Translations under genes and position numbers: made by a program | NCBI RefSeq assembly: GCF_006345805.1 | Contig: NC_043004.1 | Span: 81,406,001-81,470,000 of the forward strand | Reading direction: 5' to 3' | Length of the DNA: 64,000 nt | Origin: Octopus sinensis | Taxonomy: Eukaryota | Notes under the pieces: model-generated | What the model was told of the DNA's origin: nothing | What the model saw: the letters and a program-made list of their open reading frames with translations, nothing else | Databases searched by the model: none | Shown here: piece after piece, positions 1 to 13,783 of the stretch | Numbering within the stretch: position 1 is the first letter of the stretch | Layout of the letters: each line of letters begins with the position of its first letter

Positions 1-584
1 TCCAACCCATGCCAGCATGGATAGCAGACGTTAAACAATGATGATGGTGATGATATATATATACACAATACACACCACACATACATCATAAATATATGAT
101 CATAGAAGTCATCCAACATGGCAGATTTCCTGTAGTCAATCCTCTTGCTTCCAAGCAAGGTAATAATATATTCCCATGGTCAGATACGTTTCTGCAGAAT
201 ATCTGAAATGAATAACACTGCTTGTGACAGATAATTTTAGAATTATCCCTTGATATCAAGACAAACACACACATTTATGACAGGATTCTTTCAGTTTCCA
301 TCTGACAAATCCAATAAGGTTTCAGGTCAGCCCTAGGCCTATAGCAGTAGCCATGCTGTGGGATTGAACTCAAAACTACATGGTTGGGAAGCAAACTTCT
401 TAACCACACAACCACGACAGTGCCTAATACTAATGTGAACACAAAATACTTTTAATTCAGAAAATTTAAAGCAAATGGAGTTTGCTGTTTTAAAACTATT
501 CCCCTCGGCATAAAATCTGAAGCAAAATAAAATAAAATGAAGTCGAAACTAAACATAGATGTTTAAGAGAGAAAAATTATCAAC

Positions 585-668
585 CTCATTAATTTCATGT
601 CGAGTGGAGTGAACTGTGCTGGAGGTTGGGTGTTATGTTGGTGAACGTATGTTATGTGTTGGGCCAAC
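585..668 (-). CDS. MCM7: MCM7 exon 14 ([28 protein letters not shown]); remaining exons lie left of the window
   Basis: 84 nt, ttgcag acceptor and gttgat donor, LAQHITYVH motif. Confidence 0.95.
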
Positions 669-1465
669 CTGCAAAATAACAAAAGACAATATAATCAAAA
701 TAATTATCGTACTCAATCAACATTCAGAAATATAGAAGAAACTAACGAGACAAAAACTAGAATCTTACAAAAGACACGTTGTTAAGACAAACCTCAAACC
801 TATTCCGAGATGCACAAAAGTTATCTGCCCCTAGATAATGATTACCTCCCCTTTGTTACTGTATGTTGAAATCTATAAAGCCTTTGAAATAACGAAGAAT
901 TTAATACAATAACTGTCATTAGCAAGCTGGTGTTTCGAAAATGAATTAAAATGAAAATTTGATGGAAGGTTTTAATTTAGATCACTTTATTCTTTTTATT
1001 ACCATATTTTCGTTGAAATACACAGCTTCTGTTTTAATTAATTTTAAAAATAATTTAAAACAACTGTCATTATTAATCTGGGGTTTGGAATGCAAAGAGA
1101 GAAAGTTTTGATAGAAGTTTCAATTCCGATCACTTAAAAACAGGAGGCTAGCATACAGAACTAGAGGTGGTCTCAAGCGGTTTGGTATCAAAAGATTTAA
1201 ATACAGCAAGGAATTTGATGAGGGAGATTTAGCTGTTGACCACATAGAAGCTCTCTCACTGACTAACACACTCCATGGGTGAAAAACACTTTTGTTATAT
1301 TTCTGTTGAAATACACTATTTCCATTTCAATTTATTTTGAAAATAACGAACAATTTATTAAAATAACTTCTCTTTATTAAGCTGGTGTTCAGCAATTAAA
1401 TTTACAAATAGGATTTAATTTAGATCCCAGTAACCTTTTTGTTACATTTCTATTAAAATACACTG

Positions 1466-2163
1466 CATTACTTACATTTGATGGATATTTGTCCTCATCT
1501 TGTTTGTTAACACATTTCAGCTGATATACTCTCCAGCCTTCATCAGGTGTCTTTGGGAAATTTCGAACCTAGGTTCTCATTCCTAAGGTATTTTTCGATA
1601 TTATTGTTATTATTATTATTATTATTTCAGGTCACTGTTTGGAATCGAACTCGGAATCTTGGGGTTATTAGCCCACGCTCTTAACCACTATGCCATAAGC
1701 CTGTAAGCACAGTGGTTAAGAACGTGGGCTACTAACCCCAAGATTCTGAGTTCGATTCCAGGCAGTGAATCACAATCATCATCATCGTTTAACGTCCGTT
1801 CTCCATGCTAGCATGGGTTGGACGGTTCGACCGGGGATCTGGGAAGCCAGAAGGCTGCACCAGGCTCCAGTCTTATCTGGCAATGTTTCAACAGCTGGAT
1901 GCCCTTCCTAACGCCAACCACTCCGTGAGTGTAGTGGGTGCTTTTTACGTGCCACCTGCAATAATAATCAACAACAACATCAGCATCATCATTGAAAAAT
2001 AACTTAGGAATGAGAACCCAGGTTCGAAATTTCCACAAGTCACCTGATGAAGGCTGGAGGGTATATCAGACGAAACATTGTGTTAACAATAAACAAGATG
2101 AGGGCAAATATCCGTCAAATGTAAATAATGTACCTAAGTCCTCATCTCTTAAATATAGAACTG
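1466..2163. mobile_element. Palindromic tRNA-head/hammerhead-tail element, copy 1, with an RTE 3' end inserted at about 1775-1960
   Basis: Left arm 1466-1700 is the reverse complement of the right arm (1707-1769 plus 1961-2133); Pol III A- and B-boxes in the head; decayed hammerheads in both arms. Confidence 0.75.
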
Positions 2164-2338
2164 TAAAATACACTGCCTTGGTTAAAAGTAACAAAGAATT
2201 TAGTAAAATAACTGATTAAGTTGGTGTTTGAAACAAAATCTTCAGTCAAAATTTTATGCTACTTTAATTTAGATCAAAGCATTCTCAGGTGTGTTGGCAG
2301 AGAAAGGTTTAAGCCAGCCGTAGTCAATTGTTGCTTAC

Positions 2339-2520
2339 CGTAAATCATTTTCCCGATCAGGTTTGTCTTGTATCAACCACAAAAGATCAAACCTTGATAA
2401 AAGAGCAGCAGGAAGCTGAATATTCTGTTCTAATGATTTCTTTGGGTTATATCTTCCATATGCAGGATTGGCGGCTGCAAGGATGGAAACACGAGCGTTC
2501 AAGCTCGTCATTATTCCAGC
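2339..2520 (-). CDS. MCM7: MCM7 exon 13 ([26 protein letters not shown]...[22 protein letters not shown])
   Basis: 182 nt, arginine finger SRFD, AG acceptor and gtaagc donor. Confidence 0.97.
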
Positions 2521-2877
2521 CTATAAAAGACAAATGGTGAATAAACAGTTTTAAAAATAGTTCAAGAAAATAAACACAAAAGACGAGAATGAAAAAGAAC
2601 TCAGGATTTCTGTCATAAAATCAGTCAGTCAGGTACGGCAATACCAAACATAGAAAATAAGGGCCAGGACAGACAGCTAGAATGATAGGGATCATCAGTT
2701 TGCTCAGACCTACACAAGGCATCCCTCAAAGACAATTGTACATTGTTCTTTACAAATATAGAGATGTACAAATTCATACATTTAGAAAGAGAGAGAGAGA
2801 GAGAAAGAAAGTGATTGAGATAAATACAATTAGGCTTGATAAATATACATACATATATATATATGTATGTATACAGT

Positions 2878-3055
2878 TAATCCAAAGCACAAAAAAACAC
2901 AACGCGAGGATGTGGAACAAATATATTATTATTGGACGCTCAGGAAAGAAGGAGGGTTTAACGTTTCGAGCAGAGCTCTTCGTCAGAAACATAGGAAAAG
3001 GAAAGATCCAGAGAAGGGAAGACGGAGGAAAAAAAATCGCCAACGGTACACAAGC
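2878..3055 (-). mobile_element. Penelope-like element terminal (pLTR-like) fragment carrying hammerhead family 2
   Basis: CpG-retaining segment with a hammerhead followed by an A-rich signal and a GT-rich tail, next to a TA/CATA microsatellite. Confidence 0.5.
2956..2990 (-). ncRNA. Minimal type I hammerhead ribozyme (family 2, intact), sense to MCM7
   Basis: Minus strand GTTT-CTGACGA-A-GAGC(TCT)GCTC-GAAA-CG-TT-AAAC. Confidence 0.72.
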
Positions 3056-3128
3056 AGTCACATTTACTTGTGTGGTTAAGAAGTTTGGTTCCGTCCCACA
3101 AGGCAGCATCTTGGGCAAATGGCTTCTA

Positions 3129-3551
<423 letters not shown>

Positions 3552-4741
3552 CTATAGCAGAAGACACTCGCCAAAGTGCCACAGTGGGACTGAACCCAAA
3601 ACTACGTGGTCCAGAAGTAAGTTTCTTTACCCACATAGCTAATATGGAAAGGTGAAGGCAAAGTGTTGTTTAAGATAGTCGCCATAGAATAATAATAATA
3701 ATCCTTTCTGGGGGGGAATGGGCTAGTCAGTTACACTAACCCCCAGTACTCAAATGGTACTTATTTTATTGGCCCCCAAAAGGATGAAAGGCCAAGCCAA
3801 CCTCGGTGGAATTTGAACTCAGAACATGAAGACAAAGTGTCACAAAGCATTTGTCTGGTGTGCTAACAACTCTTCCAGATTCCAACAACAACAACAACAA
3901 CAATAATAATTCCTTCTAGTATAGACACAAGGACTGAAATTTTAAGGGAAGAGGACCAGTCGATTACACTGAACCCAGTATTTCACTGGTACTTAGTTTA
4001 TCAACCCCGAAAGGATGAGAGGTAAAGTTGACCTCGGCAGAATTTGAACTCAGAACGTGCAGATAGATGAAGTGTCGCAAAGCATTTCACCCAGTGTGCT
4101 AACCATTCTGCCTGCTCACCACTTTTATAATAATAATGATGATGAGCACTCAGAGTACGCAAACCTCCGCCATGGCAACACAAACATCCTTTCAACGATT
4201 AACCAGGGATGATTTTTAAAATGAGAATATCTGAAATAAACTCGACTACTTTCACAATCGGGAATACTAAAAATGAACCCAGCTGCTCTCAAAAATAAGT
4301 AAACAGGAAAAATAATCCAGAGTCCTTGTCCAGTACCTGATTGATCCCAATGGTAGTCATGGAATGTGAAGTATGTGTGAGGGCCGTGTTTCCAATACTG
4401 TGTGTGTGCATCGTCTACAGTGCAAACAGGGACAGTTTTCTCTATGAAGGCTTTTTTTTAGTCTATCCACTGATATAGTGTCTTTACGACCATTAAGGTC
4501 TATAGTGAAAAATTTATCTGTACATGAAAGAAAACAGAAAGGACCTGCATAAGGTGCTGTTAACGGAGGTTTAACACTTGGCATTTTGTCCAGCTACAGA
4601 TTCTGCCAGCTTTCCACCTTGGTGTTATGTATTATTGATCTTAAAAGTTAAGTGAAAGTTGCCCTCGCTAGGATTTGAACTCAAAACATAGAGCTGGAAC
4701 AAGTAATACTACAAGGTATTTTTATCCAGGATGAGGTATTA

Positions 4742-4873
<132 letters not shown>

Positions 4874-6067
4874 TTATAAGACCAACCCATGCCAGCATGG
4901 AAAACAGACAACAAAGGATGAAGGCATAATGTTCTTATCCACATATTATCAAATATTTCCCCAAAAAGACTGTTTATCCAATAAGGAAAATCTATTCAGT
5001 ATCCAGTCCAAGATAACAATGATGGTGCTTCCTTGTTTTGACATTGCTTCATAGGCATGGTGGTTTGGTTAAGAAGTTTGTTTTTACCACATGGTTCTGG
5101 GTTCAATCCTATAGCATGGCACCTTGAGCAAATGGTTTCTATTATTGTCTCGGGGCAACCTAAGTCTTGCGAGTGGATTTGGTAGGTAGAAACTGAAAGT
5201 GTGTGCGTGTGAATGCGTGTGTAGGTCCTTGTCATGATATCATGTGATAGTCGTAAATGAGTGTCACTGTCGTACAAGCAGTGTCGTTCATTTCCAACAT
5301 TCTATGAAAAATAGGACTGGCCATGGGGAAATACAACTTTGCTTGGAAACAGGTAAGGGTTGGCAACAGGAAGAGCATCCTGCAGTAGAAAATCTGCCTC
5401 AATAAATTCCATCTGACCCATGCAAGCATGGAAAAGGGGACACGAAACAATGTTGATGATGATCATAATCATAAAATAAAAACAAATTAATAATGCCAGA
5501 ATCTTAATCATAAGTTTCAAATTCAAAAACTTGTATTTCTAATTTAAGCAACTTATTGAAATGAAGTTCATTTTAATCATAAAATCAACAACACATGGCA
5601 AGTAGCAACCCTTTTCCTTTACAAAATCCTGCTTTGAATCTTATTTCAGTTCCTCTAATGATTAATAAGGCTCCCATGCCAGTGGTACATAGAAAGTACC
5701 AGCTGAATGTGGTCGATGCCAGTGCCCCCTTAATTGGCTCCTATGCCTGTGGAACGTAAAAAGTACCATCAGAATGTGGTCGATGTCAGTGCCCTCTGAC
5801 TGGCTCCCATGCCGGTGGAACGTAACAGGCATCATCTAAATATGGTCAATGCCAGCAACTACTGACTAGCTCCCGTGCCAGTGGCACATAAAAAGCACCC
5901 ACTACACTCTCAGTGGTTGGCATTAAGAAGGGCATTCAGCTGTAGAAACTTTGCCAGAACAGATTAGAGCCTGGTGCAGCCTCCTGGCTTTCCAGTCCTC
6001 AAACCATCAAACCCATGCCAGTATGGAAAGCAAACGTTATTCAATGACGATGATCTTCAGAACTCAC

Positions 6068-6199
6068 CCCTAATTTTCATCCCTTGCGGGGACTTATCTA
6101 CACCACCAACCAACAGAAGCAGCAGAGCTTTCTTCACATCATCGTGACCATAGATCTCTGGGGCAATACTGCTGGCCAGTTTGTCATAGAAGTCGTCCT
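6068..6199 (-). CDS. MCM7: MCM7 exon 10 ([45 protein letters not shown])
   Basis: 132 nt, AG acceptor and gtgagt donor, SIAPEIYGH motif. Confidence 0.97.
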
Positions 6200-7465
6200 C
6201 TGAAATTAATAAAAAAAAAAACATCTATAGAATCATGTTAGAAAATACTCTCTCAGACCCGAGGAATGAATACACTCGCACACATGCAAAACAAGGTGGA
6301 AAAACATTGCACTGAATAACCAAGGATAAAGTAATATTTTATTAAAGCTGAAAAATTCTTCACAAACTAGGATTCACTTTCACAGGACAATTTGTTAGAC
6401 AGGTGCAATATTCTATACATATAAGTTTGACATGGGCGATTCTTTCTTGTCTTGGGATTCACAGTCAAACGGCTGGGTGGAATTAAACAAAAAATTAGAT
6501 GTGTAGAATGATCCAGTAGTGTTGCTGGGCTTTGTATTTTTTTTCATAGCTCCCATGGTTACCGAGATAATCTACTATAATAATACTCTTGTGTTTATGA
6601 ATGAGATAGTAAGTGTTGATAGATGAATAAGGAAGGAAGGGGTGATGTCATACTTGGTAGTGGGATGATGAAAATTGTATGCTGAAAAGAATAAATCAAA
6701 CAGCGTTTCAACTCTGTGTGAATATGTGTGTGCATGTAAAAGGGGTGTATGTGAATGTGTGTGTGTGTGTGCAATGGAATTGGGATGGTTCATCTTTGTT
6801 TACTTAGTATTTGGGTTTATTTTTTGTGTTGGTCAGTTATTTTTAGCAATTTGACAGAAAAAAAAAGTCATTCTAAAAATTTTTTTTTTTAACATAAGCA
6901 TACGCAAACAAGTCAAATGCTTACACAGAACAGGTTCTACAGCCACATCATCCAAACTGACCGGCTGATACCAGGTTGAGTTGTTAGTCTTAATATAAAT
7001 TTGTGTCATGTTTCTCTGTCCGTTACATTTTTATATTCGTTAACCCTTCCTAGACCGTTGGCGCAAAGACAACAAAACTCAAACTAGCAACTCCCTCAAT
7101 CCTAGGGAATGTCCTAAGAGGATCTATTTTTTTAAGGGCTGCCTAATTGGGGTGCCACTGGCACCCCTATTTTTACTGCATTTCAAACTAAATACATAGC
7201 ATTGCCGACCAAATCGGAGCAATGACAATGAATGTCATACCATGGACTCCCAGGGAATATGATAGGGAGGTTCAATTTCTGAAGGGACACTTAACTGGGG
7301 ACCCACTGATCCCCCTATTTTTACTGCATTTACCTCGCTCCTACGCTTATTGATTAAGCTTGGCACATTTTCAGAAATTACACAAGGGTAGAGGGTCGAA
7401 GGATTCAAAGGTGCCTTCCACAGGAGCTTGCCTGAATGCTACCTGAATGGTGGCTTCAAGGTTAG

Positions 7466-7514
<49 letters not shown>

Positions 7515-7764
7515 TCACACACACTCACATATATATGCACATATTCATTCCTCACACACACATCAGGATTCCTCAATTTCCAGCCAGTACTCCCAACACA
7601 TTTGACAACCTGAACCTGAGCAGGAGACAACTCTTACCCCCAATGTACCAAAGACTGCAACCAAACAAAGTAACAGGCAACTGGTCACTGGTGCATCTCA
7701 ACTTCTCCGCACCATCACATTTACAAACACAAAACTATCACAACAAAAAAATCAGAAAACTTAC

Positions 7765-7846
7765 CAGCGACTGTTTTCAATTCATCTTCTGTCAATTGCT
7801 GGGCATCCATCTCATCATCATCAGTCTTATTCATTTTAACAATCCT
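7765..7846 (-). CDS. MCM7: MCM7 exon 9 (RIVKMNKTDDDEMDAQQLTEDELKTVA)
   Basis: 82 nt, tgtag acceptor and gtaagt donor, linker to the AAA+ domain. Confidence 0.93.
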
Positions 7847-7871
7847 CTACAAAAAAAACACATCATATTAT

Positions 7872-7920
<49 letters not shown>

Positions 7921-8687
7921 GGTGGCAAGCTGGCGGAATCATTAGCACACCAGGCGAAATGCTTAGCAGCATTTCATTTGCCGCTATGCTCTGAGTTCAA
8001 ATTCCAAACATATACATATATATATATAGGCATGGCTGTGTTAAGAAGCTTGCTTCCTAACCACATGGTTCTGGGTTCAGTCCCACTGCGTGGAACCTTG
8101 GGCAAGTGTCTTCTATTATAGCCTCAGGCCAACCAAAGCCTTACATGAGGATTCGGTAGATGGAAACTGAAAGAGGCCCACCATGTGTGCACTATATATA
8201 TGTATATATAGCCAGGTGTGGCTGTGTGGTAAGAAGCTTGCTTACCAACTACATGGTTCTGGGTTCAATCTCATTGTATGGCACCTCAGGTAAGTAAATT
8301 CTAATACGACGATTAGACTAGGGATGAATACTCAAGTGGTTTCCCCATTGCTTTCTCCAGACAGGTGGGATTTGAACTCAGAATGTAGAAAGCCAGAAGA
8401 TATACTGTTAAGTAGGGGTCTTCAACCATTTTTCGCATATGGACCCCTTTGGTTCCTATTTTAATTGGATGGACCCACATAAGTAAAAAAAAGCCTTACT
8501 GTATTTTTATTATTAAATATTATCAAGAATTGTAAAAAAATTTTAATATTTTGTGGAAATATAAGCAATTTACTGCAGATAAATTTTAACAAAATCTTCT
8601 ATGGACCCCAGTTGAGAACCAGTACCATAAAGCATCTCTTACCAATGTGCCAATGGTTCTCCCACTCTCCCATTGGCATGGAGTTGA

Positions 8688-8896
8688 CCCTTTTGTTACC
8701 AACCCAGCTGAAACCAGCTCTGGCTCTGTGTACAAATGTCTTGTTTTCATAAGTTTTGAATTAAAATCTTCCACCAAACCTTAGTCACAATTTATGTTCC
8801 TAACACTTGCTTTAAGTTATTTTACTAAATTCTTTGTTAAATTTAAAGTAATTGAAAGAAACAGAGCATCTCAAAATAAATAGAGTAACGAAAGGG
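8688..8896. mobile_element. piggyBac-like MITE, same family; many decayed relatives at about 0.8-1.45, 47.9-49.7, 51.0-51.2, 52.3-52.5 and 54.0-54.4 kb
   Basis: CCCTTTTGTTAC...GTAACGAAAGGG TTAA, with an internal sequence shared with 59586-59783. Confidence 0.7.
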
Positions 8897-9060
8897 TTAA
8901 TATGGTTTCAAAAAACTGAGGATATTATTTCACCATGTTTCTTATATTTCTCTTTCGAACCATACTAATATCATATCCAGTACTATATTTATTTTGAAAA
9001 GAGATACAGAATTTCCCAACCAGTTTAAGATATTTCAAAGAATATGTTAAGAATACTTAC

Positions 9061-9138
9061 ATTGGCTTCAAGGAATGTATCAGAGAGTAGACCAGCACTG
9101 ATTTGACCGTAGCCAGTTTTCATCATAGGAAGAAATAC
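9061..9138 (-). CDS. MCM7: MCM7 exon 8 (VFLPMMKTGYGQISAGLLSDTFLEAN)
   Basis: 78 nt, AG acceptor and gtaagt donor, matches xFLP...GLLSxTxLEA. Confidence 0.94.
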
Positions 9139-10691
9139 CTTTGACAGTTAAGGAACTAAAACAAGAGTTTGAGTTACAAGGCACAGAATTATTCATCTAA
9201 ATAACAGAAAGAGTTCAAATCCTCACACTAGTGATGCTACATAATGACAAACCTTTAACATCATCATCCTTTAACGTCCGCTTTCCATGTGACATGGGTT
9301 GGACAGTTTGACCGAGATCTGGCAAAGCTTCTACAGCTGGATGCCCTTCATAACGTCAGCCACTCAGTGTAATGGGTGCTTTTTTACGTGCCACTGGAAC
9401 AGGAGCCAGTCAGGCAGCATCGGCCACGTTCAGAAAGTGCTTTTTACGTGCCACTGGCACAGGAGCCAGTCAAGGGGCACAGGCATCAGCCATGTTCAGA
9501 TGGTGCTTTTTACACATATTAAAAGTGATAATGTGCTGTATGCGATTGAAGGGAATATCTTTTTGTCCTGCTTTGGTTTGAAATCTTAAGTGTCAGGTTA
9601 CAGGAATTGTGGTTGTGGGTAAACCTAACAAATAAATAATTGGCAAGTTTTTCCAACTGTTAAGGGACCAGTCTTAAGAGAATAAAGTTGGTGAGTCGTG
9701 TCCTCAATATATACGATCGACAAGATGACAAGACAATAACATTAATAGAATATAAATCCAGAAAACAGTGGAACAGAACTAAATATTCAAACATCGTTTT
9801 AAGTCTTGTCTCATCATTGTAAACACTAACAAAAATATATAAGGATTATTGATGTTAAACTGTGTTAAAACAGGTTGTTTTGGGAAGGTTGTTATGCCAA
9901 TAATGAACACACACACTGGTTTTATTTCACTTCTTTCATTATTTATTCATAAATTGGTTAACTACTTCAACAATTAACTAACAGGTTGTTCCATTTGGAT
10001 AATCAATCAACCAGTTAGGTTTGTCCAAGTCCTTTCATTACCATTTATTTCTTTACTACCCACAAGGGGCTAAACACAAAAGGGACAAACAAGGACAAAC
10101 AAACAGATTAAGTCGATTAAATAGACCCCCACTGCGTAACTGGTACTTAATTTATCGACCCCGAAAGGATGAAAGGCAAAGTCGACCTCGGCGGAATTTG
10201 AAACCACCACGTGCTAATGATTCTGCCAGCTCGCTGCCCTTAATTACCATTTGTGACCTCATGAATGACATAGTCCTAGGGAATGACAATGAAAGGACTT
10301 TGATAAGCCTAACTCACTGAACAATTCACCAAACAATTAACAAAACAATCAATTAGTTAATTGGCTAAATAATTAACCAATTGACAAAGAGAAAATAATG
10401 ATGTAAAATACAACCAGTGTGTGTGTGCTTCTTACTGACATAATGACCCACCCAAGATACAACAAAATACACAGATAGAAATAAAAGTAATTTAGAATGA
10501 GCAAAGCGTTATCAATGCCATTTCTATTTTAATCTGACACTGCAATTCTATCTCTACATAAATTCTTGTGTATTGTATATCACAGTTTGCTATTATTATC
10601 ATTATTATCATTATTATTATTATTATTAATTATATCGTGAGAAATTGAGAAATTGCCAAGAAGAGCAGCAGCAAAGCAGCAGAAAGGATAC
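9139..10691 (-). other. U12-type (minor spliceosome) GT-AG intron, MCM7 intron 7, phase 0, 1553 nt
   Basis: 5' end GTATCCTTT (10691-10683); branch site TTCCTTAAC (9155-9147) 8 nt before the end, followed by tgtcaaAG; no polypyrimidine tract. Confidence 0.92.
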
Positions 10692-10796
10692 ACCAGTGAT
10701 GCTGACATGGTCACCAGGTTGCACGAGACGAGTTATCTCCCCTTTACAGACAACCGTCATGCTGCGTGGAATGTTGCCAACAGGTACTTGGTCGCT
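10692..10796 (-). CDS. MCM7: MCM7 exon 7 ([35 protein letters not shown])
   Basis: 105 nt, gcag acceptor, ends at a GTATCCTTT (U12-type) donor. Confidence 0.95.
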
Positions 10797-13546
10797 CTGC
10801 AAGGAGAGAGAAAAAAAAAACCCAAGTCAAGATGATAATGGTAATAGAGAAACAACAACAGCAGCAGGAATAATAAAATTTGAAGAAAGCAACAACAACA
10901 ACAACAAAAGTATAAATAATATAAGCTAAATTTAGTTTTTTTCTATTTCTGAAATGAGTTAAATAGTTATCACAGACAACGAAATATACTTTTACATAAC
11001 ATTCAAGTGAATTTACGGCAGGATTCTCATATAGAAATACTCAAATACAGGAAGGAAACTCGGCTGCTATTTCTAGCAGATGGAGTGACCACTTAAAACG
11101 CTTCCTTCAACTGAATTCAATGTTAGTGGATGATAAAACAACAGGCAGTTGTCGGAAGACAGAGCAAGGAATTTGAATATGACATCAGGAAGAGCGTTCA
11201 TTCCAAGTAGAAGATGGAGAAAGATGCAGCCTTTGGACTGTCCAGACTTGACCAAACCATACCGATATGGACATTCAACTCTTCAGCATTTGATCTTGCC
11301 ATATCCGGCCAAAATCATCTAACTCATCATCATTATCGTTTAGCATTCGTTGTCCATGTTGGCATGGGTTGGACGGTTTGACCAGGGGCTAGCAAGCCAC
11401 ACCAGACTCTAGTCTGACTTTGGCATGGTTTCTGCAACTGGATGCCCTTCCTAATGCCAACTACTCAAAGAATGTAATGGGTGCTTTTACGTGCCACTGG
11501 CACAGGGGTCATTTGTGTAACACTGGTATCTGCCACAACTCCAATTTTGCTCGGCTTGGTGGGTCTTCTCAAGCACAACGTAATGCCAAAGATGTGGTTC
11601 ATTCATCATTGCCTCCATGATGCTCAACGCTCAAAAGGTGCTTTTTACATGCCGCCAGCATCGGCCACGATTACAATTTCACTTGGTTACCCGTCTTACG
11701 TTAAAACTGACCAGATCCAGCCACTCACACCTACCCTACAATGTCATTCTAAAAATATACAACCACATCATTGCAATATTGCAGCTACAAGAGAATGCCT
11801 GATAAATTCAAGACAATGTGAATAAATAAACAATAGAATGGACAAAGAAATCATCATCATCATCGTCGTCATCTTAACGTCCGTTTTCCATGCTGGCATG
11901 GGTTGGCCCGTTTGACTGAGGACTGGCAAGCCAGAAGGCTGCACCAGGCTCCAATCTGATCTGGCAAAGTTTCTAGAGCTGGATGCCTTTCTTAACGCCA
12001 ACCACGCCAAGAGTGTAGTGGGTGCTTTTACATACCACCAGCATGAGGGCCATTCAGACGGTACTGGGAACAACCATGCTCAAATGGTGTTTTTCACATG
12101 CCACCAGCACAGGTGCCAGTAAGGCAATGCTGGTAACGATCACACTCTGGATATTAAAGGGTTAAATGATGTGAAACAGATCATGTTTTATCTCACATTT
12201 GAAGGCACATGGTTAAGGTATTGTACTCAAGACTGCCAGATCATGAGTTCAATTCCCAGACCATGGGTCAGAGGGTTGTCATTTGAGTGATGCAAAGGTC
12301 TCATCCACCAGGAGCAGTAGAAAATCACCAATACATGGTGGATGCAGCGATGCACTGTTACAGCGCATGACCCCATATTACTACAATATCCTTTGAGCTG
12401 TGAGGGGACCAGGATACCAAATAACGGACCCAACGTTTCCTCTGCATCTTATAAAAGGTGACTAAAAGGTTGAGGTAGGATGTGCTCCCCAACCCCATAA
12501 AACCCTTGCCAGTAACGACTACCCCAAAACAGACCCCTGGGTTAGAGTTATCACCTAGGTGGTATGAAGGTGTCACCTGCCAAGAGTAGCAGGGAATCAC
12601 CAAGAGATGGTGGGCACAGCGATGCACTGTTAAAGCATGTCCCCCATTACTCATCATCATCATCGTTTACATCCACTTTCCATGCTAGCATGGGTTGGAC
12701 GATTTTGACTGAGGGCTGGCGAACCAGATGGCTGCACCAGGCTCCAATCTTGATCTGGCAGAGTTTCTACAGCTGGATGCCCTTCCTAACGCCAACCACT
12801 CCAAGAGTGTAGTGGGTGCTTTTTACGTGTCACCGTTACAGGGGCCAGTGAAGCGACATTGGTAACGATCACGCTCGAATGGTTCCCTTTTACGTGCCAC
12901 GTGTACGAAAGCCAGTTGGCTGCTCTGGCAACGATCACGCTCCAATGGTGCTCTTGGCACCCTACTAGCACAGGCATAAGTGCCAGTAAGGCGACGCTGG
13001 TAACGATCATACTCGAATAGCCGCTCTGTCAACAATCACACTCGTATGATGCTCTTTGCACCCCGCTAGCACGGATGTCAGTCATCGAATTGATTTTGAT
13101 TTCACTTGCCTCAACAGGTCTTTGCAAACAGAGTTTAGTGACCAAAGAAGGAAAAGGTACGCACTGCAGCTAAATCACATCACACCTCTCGCCAATCATT
13201 ACCCTCGGTAACTTTAATATTCACAACTCCACACAGGTTTTGCATTGCCCCTTCAGATGCGGCAGGCATCAAAGCTAAATCTTCTACAATACCAAACTCT
13301 CTGTGACAGCATCTTTTACCTGTTTCAGTCAGTAGACTGTGGCCATGCTGGGGCACCATCTTGAACAATTCTGAGTTAAACAACTCCATCCCAGTACTTT
13401 TTTTATATTTTTTAAATCCTGGTATTTATTCTATCACAGCATGGCCACAAGTCTAATGACAGAAACAAGTGAAAGATTAAAAGATGGAATATGGTAAAAC
13501 CATTTTGGAATAAAGAAATAGACAATTAATTTCATGCAACACTTAC

Positions 13547-13684
13547 ATGTTCTTGGATTTTAAGATCCTGGAACTTGATGAATTTCGAACCTCGGCTCTG
13601 TAAATAAAGACGTCCTCCGGACCTATTTGTTGTGCAATCCTGACTGGGGCACATCAACAACGGCATAAAAGTAGGGGAAGAGAT
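13547..13684 (-). CDS. MCM7: MCM7 exon 6 ([46 protein letters not shown])
   Basis: 138 nt, ttgcag acceptor and gtaagt donor, second half of the zinc finger (CPSQDC). Confidence 0.97.
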
Positions 13685-13783
13685 CTGCAAAAATAAACAT
13701 ATGTAGTGGTTAAGAGCACAGGCTACTAACTCCGAGATTTCAAGTTCGATTCCAGGCAGTGACCTGAATAATAACAATAATAA

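Noticed and set aside
86-274. ORF as a further MCM7 exon
   Set aside because: It is a repeat fragment with no similarity to the expected RYIAMC...PxxL segment; the remaining exons lie outside the window.
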